16,968 bases of DNA, from IMG/VR virus record IMGVR_UViG_2537562190_000012; one strand, written 5' to 3'. The first letter of the stretch is position 1, and every line of letters begins with the position of its first letter. Below, in pieces: positions 1-8,698 of the stretch. Source of the DNA: a virus (Duplodnaviria > Heunggongvirae > Uroviricota > Caudoviricetes). The notes below the pieces were generated by a model. The model was not told the origin of the DNA. It did not search any database and saw nothing but the letters and a program-made list of their open reading frames with translations. The position numbers and the translations under genes were made by a program.

Positions 1-200
1 GAACACTGGTTCAGACCGTAACGGGATCGCTGGCGTGCGGCGTTCTTGCCATGGCCGTGGCCGGGTCGTTGCGCTTCTTCGGGTTTCCTGAAGATGCCGT
101 GACGTTTATCGGCGCATCAATCGGTTTTATGGGCGCAGAGAGAGCACGCGACAAGGTTATTGCGGCCTTTAATCGCAGGGTGAAGGAGAAGGACGAATGA
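1..200 (+). CDS. 3' fragment of a holin-like lysis membrane protein (5' end outside window)
   Basis: Open frame from position 3 to TGA at 198-200, overlapping the endolysin ATG (ATGA). Translation has hydrophobic stretches (GSLACGVLAMAVAGSLRFFGF, TFIGASIGFMGA) and a charged tail (ERARDKVIAAFNRRVKEKDE), typical of holin C-termini. Position directly upstream of the endolysin. Confidence 0.55.
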   Translation, partial: TLVQTVTGSLACGVLAMAVAGSLRFFGFPEDAVTFIGASIGFMGAERARDKVIAAFNRRVKEKDE

Positions 201-589
201 GCAACACATTTAAATTCAGCAGCCGGAGCGAAAAGAATTTGCAGGGTGTAAATCCTGATCTGGTGAAAGTGACCCGACGGGCACTGGAAATCTCGGAAGT
301 GGATTTTGGTATCACCGAAGGGGTGCGCAGCCGTTACCGCCAGAAGCAACTGGTGGCCACGGGTAAGAGCCAGACCATGAACAGCCGCCACCTTACGGGG
401 CATGCCGTGGATGTTGTGGCTTATGTCGGCAGCCAGGTGTCATGGGAATGGCCGCAGTACGAAAAAATCGCAGCAGCATTCAGACAGGCCAGCCGGGAAC
501 TGAATATTCCGGTGGAATGGGGCGGAGACTGGAAGACCCTGAAAGACGGACCGCATTTTCAGTTACCACACGGAGCCTATCCGGCATGA
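197..589 (+). CDS. Endolysin, peptidase M15 (VanY-like, L-alanyl-D-glutamate peptidase type)
   Basis: 130 aa ORF with SD AAGGAG (183-188) 8 nt upstream of ATG 197. Motif SRHLTGHAVDV fits the H-x6-D zinc-binding signature of M15 peptidases. Sits at the head of the lysis cassette before the spanins. Confidence 0.85.
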   Translation: MSNTFKFSSRSEKNLQGVNPDLVKVTRRALEISEVDFGITEGVRSRYRQKQLVATGKSQTMNSRHLTGHAVDVVAYVGSQVSWEWPQYEKIAAAFRQASRELNIPVEWGGDWKTLKDGPHFQLPHGAYPA

Positions 590-993
590 AGCTCTGGCCC
601 ACGCTGGGTGTCGCTTTCCTTCTGATTGCCGCATGGGGAACATCCATGCGTCTGTCGTGGTCGCTGGGTCGGGAGAACGCCAGAAACGAAGCGCAGGCCA
701 GCGCCCTGAAAAGTACCGCCGACACCCTGAATATCATCAGCGCCGGGGTACAGGATATGCAGCAGGTGCTGGCACAACTCCGCGCGGAAAATCAGCAACG
801 CAATCAGGACGGAGAGGCCAGACGTGAACAGCTACGCAACGATATTGCAAAAGATGAATGCGCCCACGCTTTGCCTGACGCTCGTTTTACTGACAGGTTG
901 CGCAGGCACGCAGAACGCGCCACGGCCAGCGCCGTCAGTCCGGCTTATACCGCAGACGCTGACCATACCGGTAATGCCTCCCCCCTTCCCTGA
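586..993 (+). CDS. lysB: i-spanin (Rz-like, P2 LysB equivalent)
   Basis: ATG 586 overlaps the endolysin stop (ATGA). N-terminal transmembrane segment (LWPTLGVAFLLIAAWG) followed by a charged, Q/R/E-rich helical periplasmic region. The track ORF 442..993 is an upstream extension in the same frame. Confidence 0.8.
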   Translation: MKLWPTLGVAFLLIAAWGTSMRLSWSLGRENARNEAQASALKSTADTLNIISAGVQDMQQVLAQLRAENQQRNQDGEARREQLRNDIAKDECAHALPDARFTDRLRRHAERATASAVSPAYTADADHTGNASPLP

Positions 994-1144
994 TACTCCC
1001 ACATGGGGAAATCTCGGTATATGGGGCGACCGCCTTCTGGATGCACTGGAAACCTGTAACGCGGATAAACGGGCCATTGAATTACTGGAACAGCGCCGGC
1101 TGCAACGACTGAACAACGAGGACAACAACCATGCTGAAAACTGA
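824..1144 (+). CDS. lysC: o-spanin lipoprotein (Rz1-like, P2 LysC equivalent)
   Basis: ORF in a different frame overlapping the 3' part of lysB. Signal peptide with lipobox LLTGC, and a proline-rich mature part. GTG 824 is preceded by GGAGAGG (808-814); the alternative start is ATG 854. Confidence 0.75.
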   Translation: MNSYATILQKMNAPTLCLTLVLLTGCAGTQNAPRPAPSVRLIPQTLTIPVMPPPFPDTPTWGNLGIWGDRLLDALETCNADKRAIELLEQRRLQRLNNEDNNHAEN

Positions 1145-1598
1145 TTCCCTGCGTGAAGCCATGACCCGTTCATGCCGATGGTGTCAGGCCAACCCGGAAA
1201 AATTCACCATTTTCGTGGAGAGCGGCAACATTGAAACGACCGGAGAAACGCCCTCGTTTGTTTACCGCTATCAGATGGTGATGTTTGTCATGGATTACGC
1301 CGGGGAGCTGGACGACCTCACGCTGCCGCTACTGGCGTGGTTATCCGAAAATCAGCCACAGTTGTTGCTCAACCCTGAGCGTAATCAGGACATCAAATTC
1401 TCCGCCGTTATCAATGACGATGACAGCGCCGATCTCCTGTTTACGCTCCCCCTGCGGGAACGCGTTCGCATTACGCGCAACAGTCAGGGGACACCGCAGG
1501 CAGAACACCTGCCGGAGCCAAAACCCCGTCTGCCCTCTTCCGAAGGCGACTGGTCGCATGTATTCCAGGATGTGACGTGGGGTGAAAGCGATAGATAA
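1131..1598 (+). CDS. R: Tail completion protein R (P2 gpR family)
   Basis: 155 aa, the same length as P2 gpR as I recall it. Position after the lysis genes. ATG 1131 overlaps the lysC stop. Confidence 0.8.
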   Translation: MLKTDSLREAMTRSCRWCQANPEKFTIFVESGNIETTGETPSFVYRYQMVMFVMDYAGELDDLTLPLLAWLSENQPQLLLNPERNQDIKFSAVINDDDSADLLFTLPLRERVRITRNSQGTPQAEHLPEPKPRLPSSEGDWSHVFQDVTWGESDR

Positions 1599-2226
1599 GG
1601 CATTCACCCGCGTGGATGAAACCTTTGAGGCCATCCGCGACAGCCTGAATCAGCAGGCCATCAATAACATCGCCAGAAAGCTGGCACAGGATTTACGCCG
1701 CGCCCAGCAGGCGCGCATCCGGTCACAGAAAGCGCCGGACGGGACCGCATGGACACCACGCAGACGCCGCGTAACCCGGATACAGGAGCGCATTCGCTTT
1801 ATCTGGAATAACGAAGCACGCACGCTGAAAAACTGGCATCACGACACGGGGAAATACGGGCGAACCATTACCGGGTGGGATGAGGATAAAAACAATATCC
1901 GCACGTTTTACCGGGATGACATCGACCGTTTTCTGGAAATACGCACCCGGCGCATCAACCAGGACAGCACAAAGCGCGTCCCCATGTTCGTAAAACTGCG
2001 CACCGCCCGCTACCTGAAAGCCCGTGCAGATGCTTCCGGTGTGACGGTGGGTTACAGCGGCGTGGCTGCACGTATTGCACGCGTTCATCAGTTCGGTGAG
2101 CGCGATCAGGTTGCGCCGGGCATTTTCACCGATTACCCGGTACGTGAGCTGCTGGGTATCAGCCAGGCAGATGAACGCCTGATTTATAACACGGTGCTGG
2201 GCCGGATTGCGGAGGCTGTACGGTGA
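1582..2226 (+). CDS. S: Tail completion / virion morphogenesis protein S (P2 gpS family)
   Basis: ORF between R and V with its stop overlapping the V start (GTGA). Start is uncertain: GTG 1582 is the first start codon in frame, and a downstream GTG 1612 is possible. Product is longer than the roughly 150 aa expected for gpS. Confidence 0.7.
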   Translation: MKAIDKAFTRVDETFEAIRDSLNQQAINNIARKLAQDLRRAQQARIRSQKAPDGTAWTPRRRRVTRIQERIRFIWNNEARTLKNWHHDTGKYGRTITGWDEDKNNIRTFYRDDIDRFLEIRTRRINQDSTKRVPMFVKLRTARYLKARADASGVTVGYSGVAARIARVHQFGERDQVAPGIFTDYPVRELLGISQADERLIYNTVLGRIAEAVR

Positions 2227-2804
2227 GCGCAGAACTCATGCGACTGCTGAGCAACATCATCCGCACAGGGATTATCTCTGAAGTTGATGAGAAGTCCTGG
2301 TGCGTGCGCGTTCGCAGCGGCGAACTGGAAACAGGCTGGTTGCGCTGGAACACCACGCGCGCGGGAGCCTTCAATGTGTGGCTGCCGCCATCACCCGGCG
2401 AACAGGTGGTAATTGCCTGCATTGGCGGCAACCCGGAAACCGCCATGATAATTGGCAGCCTGTGGAGTGATGCCAGTCCGGCACCCGGCAAAAGCCTGAA
2501 AGAAATCGTGGTCAGCGCGCCGGACGGCGCGGTGTTCCGCTACGACGCGGACGCAGGCGCACTGAGTGCCAGCGGCATGAAAACGGCCACTTTGCAGGCA
2601 TCCGTCAGCGTGAAACTGGATACGCCCGTCGTGGAATGCACAAACCTTCTGAAAACAGCCGAGATTGACGTCACAAAAGGGGGAAAGATGAGCGGCAATA
2701 TCACGCACAGTGGCGGCGATTTCACCTCAAACGGCATCACAGTGCATACGCATAAGCACGGTGGCGTTAAAGGTGGCAGCGATTCGACAGGAGGCCCGCA
2801 GTGA
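2223..2804 (+). CDS. V: Baseplate spike protein V (P2 gpV family)
   Basis: 193 aa. The N-terminus (NIIRTGII) and C-terminal motifs (TKGGKMSGNITHSGGDFTSNGITVHTHKHGG) match gpV as I recall it. GTG start overlaps the S stop. Confidence 0.9.
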   Translation: MSAELMRLLSNIIRTGIISEVDEKSWCVRVRSGELETGWLRWNTTRAGAFNVWLPPSPGEQVVIACIGGNPETAMIIGSLWSDASPAPGKSLKEIVVSAPDGAVFRYDADAGALSASGMKTATLQASVSVKLDTPVVECTNLLKTAEIDVTKGGKMSGNITHSGGDFTSNGITVHTHKHGGVKGGSDSTGGPQ

Positions 2805-3151
2805 CAACCCGCTACACAGGAATGAACCCGGACGGGACGGGAAACCTGAACGATATGGAGCACCTGAAACAGTCAGTCAGGGACATCCTGACCACCCCGC
2901 TGGCAAGCCGGGTTATGCGACGGGAATATGGCAGCCTTGTGCCTGATTTGATTGACGAACCCATGAATAACACCACGCGTCTGCAATGCATGAGCGCTGC
3001 CGTGATTGCACTGACACGATGGGAACCCCGCATTGCCCTGGACGCCATCGACGTTGTCTGGAAGGCAGGAGGCCGCGCCGGGGTGACGCTGTCGGGCACT
3101 GTCATGCAGACCATGCAGAATGTTGAATTAACCATCACGCTGAGAGAGTAA
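2801..3151 (+). CDS. W: Baseplate wedge protein W (gp25-like, P2 gpW family)
   Basis: 116 aa. SD AGGAGG (2788-2793) before GTG 2801, overlapping the V stop. Sequence and size match gpW (RVMRREYGSL, TRWEPRI motifs). Confidence 0.9.
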   Translation: MTTRYTGMNPDGTGNLNDMEHLKQSVRDILTTPLASRVMRREYGSLVPDLIDEPMNNTTRLQCMSAAVIALTRWEPRIALDAIDVVWKAGGRAGVTLSGTVMQTMQNVELTITLRE

Positions 3152-3154
3152 ATC

Positions 3155-4051
3155 ATGCCTGCCGTTGACCTTTCCCAGTTACCGGAACCCGCCATCATCG
3201 CGGAGCCTGACTTTGAGGCAATTCTGGCTGACACAAAGGCCATGATGATTGCGTCCTATCCCGCCGAACAGCGTGAAGCCGTTTCCGCCGCGCTGGAGCT
3301 GGAATCAGAACCCCTTAACGTTATCGCTCAAACCATGTCGTTTCGTGAAATGCTGTTACGCCAGCGGGTTAACGAGGGCGCACGCGCCTGCATGTTAAGC
3401 CACGGTTCAGGGACAAACCTGGACAACCTCGCGGGCAATATGAACACAAAGCGCCTGGTTATCACTCCGGCAACGGATACCACCGACGCGGTGATGGAGA
3501 GCGACACCTCGCTGAGACTGCGGGCGCAGCGGGCGTATGACGGCCTGAGTGTTGCAGGCCCGTCAGGCGCATACGAGTATTTTGCACGCAGCGCCAGCGG
3601 TCTGGTGCGTGATGCGCGGGCCATCAGCCCGTCTCCGGCCTGTGTGACGGTTTCCATCCTGTCCACAGAGGGCGACGGCACAGCAACGGAGGCGTTGCTT
3701 AATACCGTTCGCGCTGTTCTGAATGCAGAGGATACCCGCCCGGTGGCCGACCGCCTTACTGTACAGAGCGCCAGAATCGTGACATGGCGGCTGAATGCAA
3801 AACTGTACTTTTACCCCGGCCCGGAATCCGAACCTATTCTGGCCGCGGCGGAATCGTCGTTCAGGAAGTGGCTGTCTGAGCAGGGGCTTATCGGTCAGGA
3901 CGTGGCGTTGTCAGCCATTGCTGCCGCACTGCATGTGCACGGTGTGCAACGCGTGGAGATAATCGAACCCACACAGAATATGGCCATCAGCGACATACAG
4001 GCGGCGCGCTGTGAGTCATTCACCATCAGCGAAGGTGGGCGTAATGAGTAA
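3155..4051 (+). CDS. J: Baseplate assembly protein J (P2 gpJ family)
   Basis: 298 aa, in the conserved V-W-J-I order. Stop overlaps the I start. Confidence 0.9.
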   Translation: MPAVDLSQLPEPAIIAEPDFEAILADTKAMMIASYPAEQREAVSAALELESEPLNVIAQTMSFREMLLRQRVNEGARACMLSHGSGTNLDNLAGNMNTKRLVITPATDTTDAVMESDTSLRLRAQRAYDGLSVAGPSGAYEYFARSASGLVRDARAISPSPACVTVSILSTEGDGTATEALLNTVRAVLNAEDTRPVADRLTVQSARIVTWRLNAKLYFYPGPESEPILAAAESSFRKWLSEQGLIGQDVALSAIAAALHVHGVQRVEIIEPTQNMAISDIQAARCESFTISEGGRNE

Positions 4052-4574
4052 TTCACTGTTACCGCCATCAGCCAGCAATTTCATGCGTTGTGCCGAAGCT
4101 GTCGGAACGCGCATTACAGACATTCCGGTAGACCTCAACACGCTGTGGTCGCCGGACACCTGCCCGGTGCATCTGCTGCCTTATCTCGCCTGGGCATTTT
4201 CCGTTGACCGCTGGGATCGCAACTGGCCGGAAGAGACAAAGCGACAGGTTATTCGTGATGCATGGCTGATACACCGACACAAAGGGACCATCAGCGCACT
4301 GCGCCGGGCCATTGAGCCGCTGGGATACCTCATTCGTGTGTCTGAGTGGTGGGAGTTCGGCGGAGAACCGGGAACATTTACCGTTGAAGTCGGCACGCTG
4401 GACAGTGGCGTGACGGAGGAAATGTATCTGGAAATGGAGCGGTTGATTGCTGATGCCCGCCCGGTCAGCCGCCACATGACAGGGCTGAATATCATTCAGG
4501 AGATCCCGGGGGATATTTTCGCGGCGGCAGCAACTTACGACGGTGAAGTCATTACCATTTATCCGGACGATTAA
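4044..4574 (+). CDS. I: Baseplate / tail fiber attachment protein I (P2 gpI family)
   Basis: ATG 4044 (176 aa) overlaps the J stop and is preceded by an SD-like GAAGGTGGG. The track ORF starts at an upstream in-frame GTG 4011. Confidence 0.85.
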   Translation: MSNSLLPPSASNFMRCAEAVGTRITDIPVDLNTLWSPDTCPVHLLPYLAWAFSVDRWDRNWPEETKRQVIRDAWLIHRHKGTISALRRAIEPLGYLIRVSEWWEFGGEPGTFTVEVGTLDSGVTEEMYLEMERLIADARPVSRHMTGLNIIQEIPGDIFAAAATYDGEVITIYPDD

Positions 4575-4576
4575 GC

Positions 4577-6847
4577 ATGAGTACCACAACACGAAAATTT
4601 AAAACCATTATCACTGATACTGGTGCCAAAAAATTAGCTCAGGCAGCCGCGCCAGATGGTAATCCTGTCCACCTGACTCACATGGCCGTGGGCGACGGTG
4701 GCGGCACGTTGCCCACACCAGACAGTAAGCAGACCCGTCTGGTGCATGAGGTGTGGCGACATACTGTTAATCGCGTCATCCTGGACGCAACACATCAGAA
4801 CCGCATTATTGCGGAGCTGGTTATTCCTCCTGAAACGGGCGGATTCTGGATCCGGGAAATTGGTGTATTTGATGAGCACGGCGATTTGATCGCGGTGGGC
4901 AATACTGCCGAAAGTTACAAGCCAGCCGTTGCCGAAGGATCCGGACGTGCACAAACATTTCGCACCATTCTGACCGTATCCAGCACTGCCACCGTGGCGC
5001 TTACCGTGGATAACACCATGGTTATGGCCACAGTGGATTACGTGAATGACAAACTGAAAGAACATGAACAGTCACGACGTCACCCGGACGCCTCGCTGAC
5101 CGCAAAAGGCTTTGTTCAACTCAGTAGCGCCACCAACAGCACGTCTGAAGCACTGGCCGCAACGCCGAAAGCGGTCAAGGCAGCCTATGACCTTGCTAAC
5201 GGGAAATATACCGCACAGGACGCCACTACAGCGCGAAAAGGCATTGTCCAGCTCAGTAGCGCCACCAACAGCGATTCAGAAACGCTGGCGGCAACACCAA
5301 AGGCGGTAAAGGCAGCCTATGACCTGGCTAACGGGAAATACACCGCACAGGATGCAACAACAGCACAGAAAGGGATAATCCAGCTAAGCAGCGCGACCAA
5401 CAGCACATCTGAAACGCTTGCCGCGACACCAAAGGCAGTAAAAACAGCCTATGACAATGCTGAGAAACGTCTGCAGAAAGATCAGAACGGTGCGGATATC
5501 CCTGGCAAAGACACCTTTACGAAAAATATTGGTGCCTGCCGTGCCTTCGGTGGGTCAGTAAGCACAACAACAGGAAACTGGACGACTGCACAGTTTATCG
5601 AGTGGCTGGATTCTCAGGGAGCATTTAACCATCCATACTGGATGTGCAAGGGTTCCTGGTCTTATGGCAATAATAAAATCATTACTGATACTGACTGCGG
5701 TAATATTCATCTCGCCGGAGCTGTCATTGAAGTAATGGGGATAAAGTCAGCGATGACGATCCGCATTACCACACCGACCACCTCCACTGGTGGTGGAACA
5801 ACTAACGCCCAGTTTACCTATATTAATCACGGAACAGATTATTCACCTGGCTGGCGAAGGGACTATAACTCCAGAAATAAGCCAACGGCATCAGAGATCG
5901 GGGCGTTACCGTCAGGTGGAACAGCAGTATCATCAGTTAATCTGGCTTCAAAAGGTCAGGTAACCGCGCTGACAGACAATACGCAGGGGGCAACAGGTCT
6001 TGAGTTATACGAGGTGTATAACAACGGATATCCAACAGCGTATGGAAATATCATTCACCTGAAAGGGATGACAGCCGTTGGCGAAGGTGAGTTACTCATC
6101 GGCTGGAGTGGTACAAGCGGTGCTCATGCTCCGGCATTTATTCGTTCACGACGGGATACGACCGACGCAAACTGGTCGCCGTGGGCGCAGCTTTACACCT
6201 CGGCTCATCCTCCTGCAGAGTTTTATCCAGTCGGTGCACCAATCCCGTGGCCATCAGATACCGTTCCGTCTGGTTATGCCCTGATGCAGGGGCAGACTTT
6301 TGACAAATCTGCCTACCCGAAACTTGCAGCCGCTTATCCGTCAGGCGTGATCCCTGATATGCGTGGCTGGACGATTAAGGGCAAGCCCGCCAGTGGTCGT
6401 GCCGTATTGTCTCAGGAACAGGACGGCATTAAATCGCACACCCACAGCGCCAGCGTATCCAGTACGGATTTGGGTACGAAAACCACATCGTCGTTTGATT
6501 ACGGGACGAAAACAACCTCACTATTTGACTATGGGACCAAAACTACCAGTAACGCCGGGAGTCACACGCATTCAATACCAACATCAGATGGTGCAAACCA
6601 GTGGGGGAAAATTCCACTGACATCTGGGCGTCTGGCAACTCAATATACATCAGCAACAACAGGTTCCTCTGGCTCACATTCTCATACTGTAGGTATTGGT
6701 TCTCATCAGCACACTGTCGGTATTGGTGCACACACGCACTCCGTTGCGATTGGCTCACATGGACACACCATCACCGTAAACGCTGCTGGTAACGCGGAAA
6801 ACACCGTCAAAAACATCGCATTTAACTATATTGTGAGGCTTGCATAA
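4577..6847 (+). CDS. H: Tail fiber protein H (P2 gpH-like N-terminus; repeat-rich shaft; His-rich C-terminal tip)
   Basis: 756 aa. The N-terminal 170 aa or so closely resemble P2 gpH ([39 protein letters not shown]). Internal 44-aa tandem repeats and a C-terminal HxH-rich domain. Confidence 0.92.
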   Translation: MSTTTRKFKTIITDTGAKKLAQAAAPDGNPVHLTHMAVGDGGGTLPTPDSKQTRLVHEVWRHTVNRVILDATHQNRIIAELVIPPETGGFWIREIGVFDEHGDLIAVGNTAESYKPAVAEGSGRAQTFRTILTVSSTATVALTVDNTMVMATVDYVNDKLKEHEQSRRHPDASLTAKGFVQLSSATNSTSEALAATPKAVKAAYDLANGKYTAQDATTARKGIVQLSSATNSDSETLAATPKAVKAAYDLANGKYTAQDATTAQKGIIQLSSATNSTSETLAATPKAVKTAYDNAEKRLQKDQNGADIPGKDTFTKNIGACRAFGGSVSTTTGNWTTAQFIEWLDSQGAFNHPYWMCKGSWSYGNNKIITDTDCGNIHLAGAVIEVMGIKSAMTIRITTPTTSTGGGTTNAQFTYINHGTDYSPGWRRDYNSRNKPTASEIGALPSGGTAVSSVNLASKGQVTALTDNTQGATGLELYEVYNNGYPTAYGNIIHLKGMTAVGEGELLIGWSGTSGAHAPAFIRSRRDTTDANWSPWAQLYTSAHPPAEFYPVGAPIPWPSDTVPSGYALMQGQTFDKSAYPKLAAAYPSGVIPDMRGWTIKGKPASGRAVLSQEQDGIKSHTHSASVSSTDLGTKTTSSFDYGTKTTSLFDYGTKTTSNAGSHTHSIPTSDGANQWGKIPLTSGRLATQYTSATTGSSGSHSHTVGIGSHQHTVGIGAHTHSVAIGSHGHTITVNAAGNAENTVKNIAFNYIVRLA
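5105..5480 (+). repeat. In-frame tandem repeat inside H: 132-nt (44-aa) unit, two full copies plus a partial third
   Basis: Unit KG[FI][VI]QLSSATNS[TD]SE[AT][27 protein letters not shown][RQ] begins at 5105, 5237 and 5369. Copies differ at many synonymous third positions. Confidence 0.85.
6473..6550 (+). repeat. In-frame 30-nt (10-aa) tandem repeat inside H, about 2.6 copies
   Basis: Peptide [10 protein letters not shown] / [10 protein letters not shown] / GTKTTS read directly from the translation. Nucleotide copies are diverged at synonymous sites. Confidence 0.8.
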
Positions 6848-7425
6848 TGGCATTCAGAATGAGTAAACAATCACGAACCCTCAAAATTTATAATCTGCTG
6901 GCCGGAACTAATGAATTTATTGGTGACGGTGACGCATATATTCCACCTCATACAGGTCTACCTGCAAACAGTACCGATATTGCACCGCCAGATATTCCGG
7001 CTGGCTTCGTGGCTGTTTTCAACACTGATGAGGCATCGTGGCATCTCGTTGAAGACCATCGGGGTTATACCGTCTATGACGTGGCTTCCGGCGACGCGTT
7101 ATTTATTTCTGAACTTGGCCCATTACCGGAAAATGTCACCTGGTTATCCCCGGAAGGGGAGTTTCAGAAGTGGAACGGTACATCCTGGGTGAAAGATGCA
7201 GAAGCAGAAAAACTGTTTCGGAGCCAGGAGGCGGAAGAAACAAAAAACAGCCTGATGCAGGTAGCTAGCGAGCATATTGCGCCACTTCAGGATGCTGTAG
7301 ATTTGGATATTGCGACGGAAGAAGAGGCATCGTTACTGGCTGCATGGAAGACATATCGGGTATTGTTGAATCGTGTTGATACAACAGTAGCAGCGGATAT
7401 TGAGTGGCCAGTCGCCCCACAATAA
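6847..7425 (+). CDS. G: Tail fiber assembly protein G (P2 gpG family)
   Basis: 192 aa. ATG overlaps the H stop (TAATG). Position immediately after the tail fiber gene. Confidence 0.85.
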   Translation: MAFRMSKQSRTLKIYNLLAGTNEFIGDGDAYIPPHTGLPANSTDIAPPDIPAGFVAVFNTDEASWHLVEDHRGYTVYDVASGDALFISELGPLPENVTWLSPEGEFQKWNGTSWVKDAEAEKLFRSQEAEETKNSLMQVASEHIAPLQDAVDLDIATEEEASLLAAWKTYRVLLNRVDTTVAADIEWPVAPQ

Positions 7426-7431
7426 AAAGAA

Positions 7432-7461
7432 AAAGCCATCGATAGAAATATCGATGGCTTT
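7432..7461. terminator. Bidirectional intrinsic terminator between G and the convergent minus-strand cargo gene
   Basis: Perfect 13-bp stem AAAGCCATCGATA / TATCGATGGCTTT with GAAA loop. On the minus strand it is followed by a T-rich tract (TTTTTCTTTTTATT), and on the plus strand by TATGTGCTCTATTTAT. Confidence 0.8.
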
Positions 7462-7468
7462 ATGTGCT

Positions 7469-8041
7469 CTATTTATACAATACAACACCGCTCTTTTTAG
7501 TTATATATGTGCAGTTCGATGGTATATCTTTATTTATAAAAGACATTGCGCCTATTTTTACATTATCCCCGATTTTACGTGATAATCCAATGATGCAACA
7601 ATTAGCTCCGATATCAACGTTACTACCAATTTTTACTCTTGAACCAGGTATGTCACCATCTATCTGTCCAATCGTAGTATTCTGTCGTAATACCAGATTT
7701 TCACCTGCATCAACAGCAAAATGAACAACAATTCCAGCATGATGGGGAATTGTTAACCCTTTTCCAATATTTGCTCCCAATCCTATTTCACAACCAAATT
7801 TGTTAATTATTTTACTGTTTAACTTTTTGGCTGCTTTTTTATGTAATTTATTACCATTAATATACATTTCGTTAGCCAACCGCCACCAGAAAAGGAAATT
7901 CCGGTTACGCTGCTTTTTCTCTCTTAAAAGCCTCCAGATATCCATACGTTTCCGCCGAATTACTTCATGTTTCCAGAAGTTTTTTAAATTAGTAGAGTTC
8001 CCAAATAAAACAAAGTGAATTGCCATTAAGTAAGACAGCAC
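7469..8041 (-). CDS. Hexapeptide-repeat (left-handed beta-helix) acetyltransferase, CysE/WcaB-like; cargo (moron) gene in a low-GC island
   Basis: ORF 7469..8074 in the track. Preferred start is GTG 8041 because AAGGAG (8053-8048) lies 6 nt upstream; ATG 8026 and GTG 8074 are alternatives. C-terminal half has serine-acetyltransferase-type hexapeptide repeats (GANIGKGLTIPHHAGIVV ... IGSNVDIGANCCIIG ... IGDNVKIGAMSFINKDIPSNCTYI). Strongly AT-rich compared with the flanking phage genes. Confidence 0.75.
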   Translation of the reverse strand: MLSYLMAIHFVLFGNSTNLKNFWKHEVIRRKRMDIWRLLREKKQRNRNFLFWWRLANEMYINGNKLHKKAAKKLNSKIINKFGCEIGLGANIGKGLTIPHHAGIVVHFAVDAGENLVLRQNTTIGQIDGDIPGSRVKIGSNVDIGANCCIIGLSRKIGDNVKIGAMSFINKDIPSNCTYITKKSGVVLYK

Positions 8042-8092
8042 GAAAATCTCCTTAATTATTATTTCAGACCACACATGTTATAAGGTTAAGAG

Positions 8093-8121
8093 ATTATAAA
8101 ATCCTGTTATTTGTTATTCAA
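8093..8121 (-). promoter_or_regulatory. Putative sigma70 promoter for the acetyltransferase gene
   Basis: On the minus strand: -35 TTGAAT (8121-8116), 17-bp spacer, -10 TATAAT (8098-8093). Predicted transcription start is near 8086, upstream of the SD and GTG 8041. Confidence 0.6.
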
Positions 8122-8197
8122 AAACAATTTTCTGAGAAGGACATACAACAGCAAGTCGCCAGTCACCTTCATCAGGAAATTGGCGACATACGTTAAA

Positions 8198-8692
8198 TCA
8201 GAGCAGCCCCTTAACTGAGCTGGCCGCGCTATTAAGGGATGATGTCACCTTATCTTTGAAGCCGGACAACATATCGCTGAACGATGAGGATTGCAGGCGC
8301 TCCCGCAAATCCTCATCACAGCGTTCAAGAGTCAGTGAAAATTCTATCTTTTTCGCCTTACCGTAGCGATCAAACTCGGAGCGGGTCGTATTCGTTTCAG
8401 TCAGGACATACATGCCGTAAATCTGCCCGACGCCATCAATCAAAGGCCAGGGTCGTCCTGTATACGCCTGCGTGGTCAGCAGCGACAGCGACACTTCGCC
8501 ACCTGTAATTTCAGGATAAAGCACACCAGAAAGAACGATGCGATCATCACCTGCACCGATATACTGCCAGCTTGCTGAACGGTTAACGCGTTCATTTTTC
8601 ACATGCCGCCAGCTTTTGTTTTGCTGTAACTGCTGATGCGGCAGCGTGCGCAGCTCAAAAACAAACATGCCGTAGATCATCATCATGGCCAT
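8198..8692 (-). CDS. U: Tail protein U (P2 gpU family)
   Basis: 164 aa, with gpU-like motifs (FELRTLP, WRH, LSGVLYPEITGG, WPL.DG.G.IYGMYV). Immediately downstream of T on the same strand. Confidence 0.85.
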   Translation of the reverse strand: MAMMMIYGMFVFELRTLPHQQLQQNKSWRHVKNERVNRSASWQYIGAGDDRIVLSGVLYPEITGGEVSLSLLTTQAYTGRPWPLIDGVGQIYGMYVLTETNTTRSEFDRYGKAKKIEFSLTLERCDEDLRERLQSSSFSDMLSGFKDKVTSSLNSAASSVKGLL

Positions 8693-8698
8693 GACTCC

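Noticed and set aside
11-403. 130-aa minus-strand ORF opposite the holin fragment and endolysin
   Set aside because: It is antisense to two well-supported lysis genes that have coupled start/stop codons and an SD; no independent support.
442-993. Longer version of the LysB ORF starting at 442
   Set aside because: The upstream portion lies entirely inside the endolysin gene in another frame. ATG 586, overlapping the endolysin stop, gives a protein that begins with the expected transmembrane segment.
7800-8018. 72-aa plus-strand ORF inside the AT-rich island
   Set aside because: It is antisense to the acetyltransferase gene and has no RBS. Long spurious ORFs are expected in AT-rich DNA, and its hydrophobic low-complexity translation is consistent with that.
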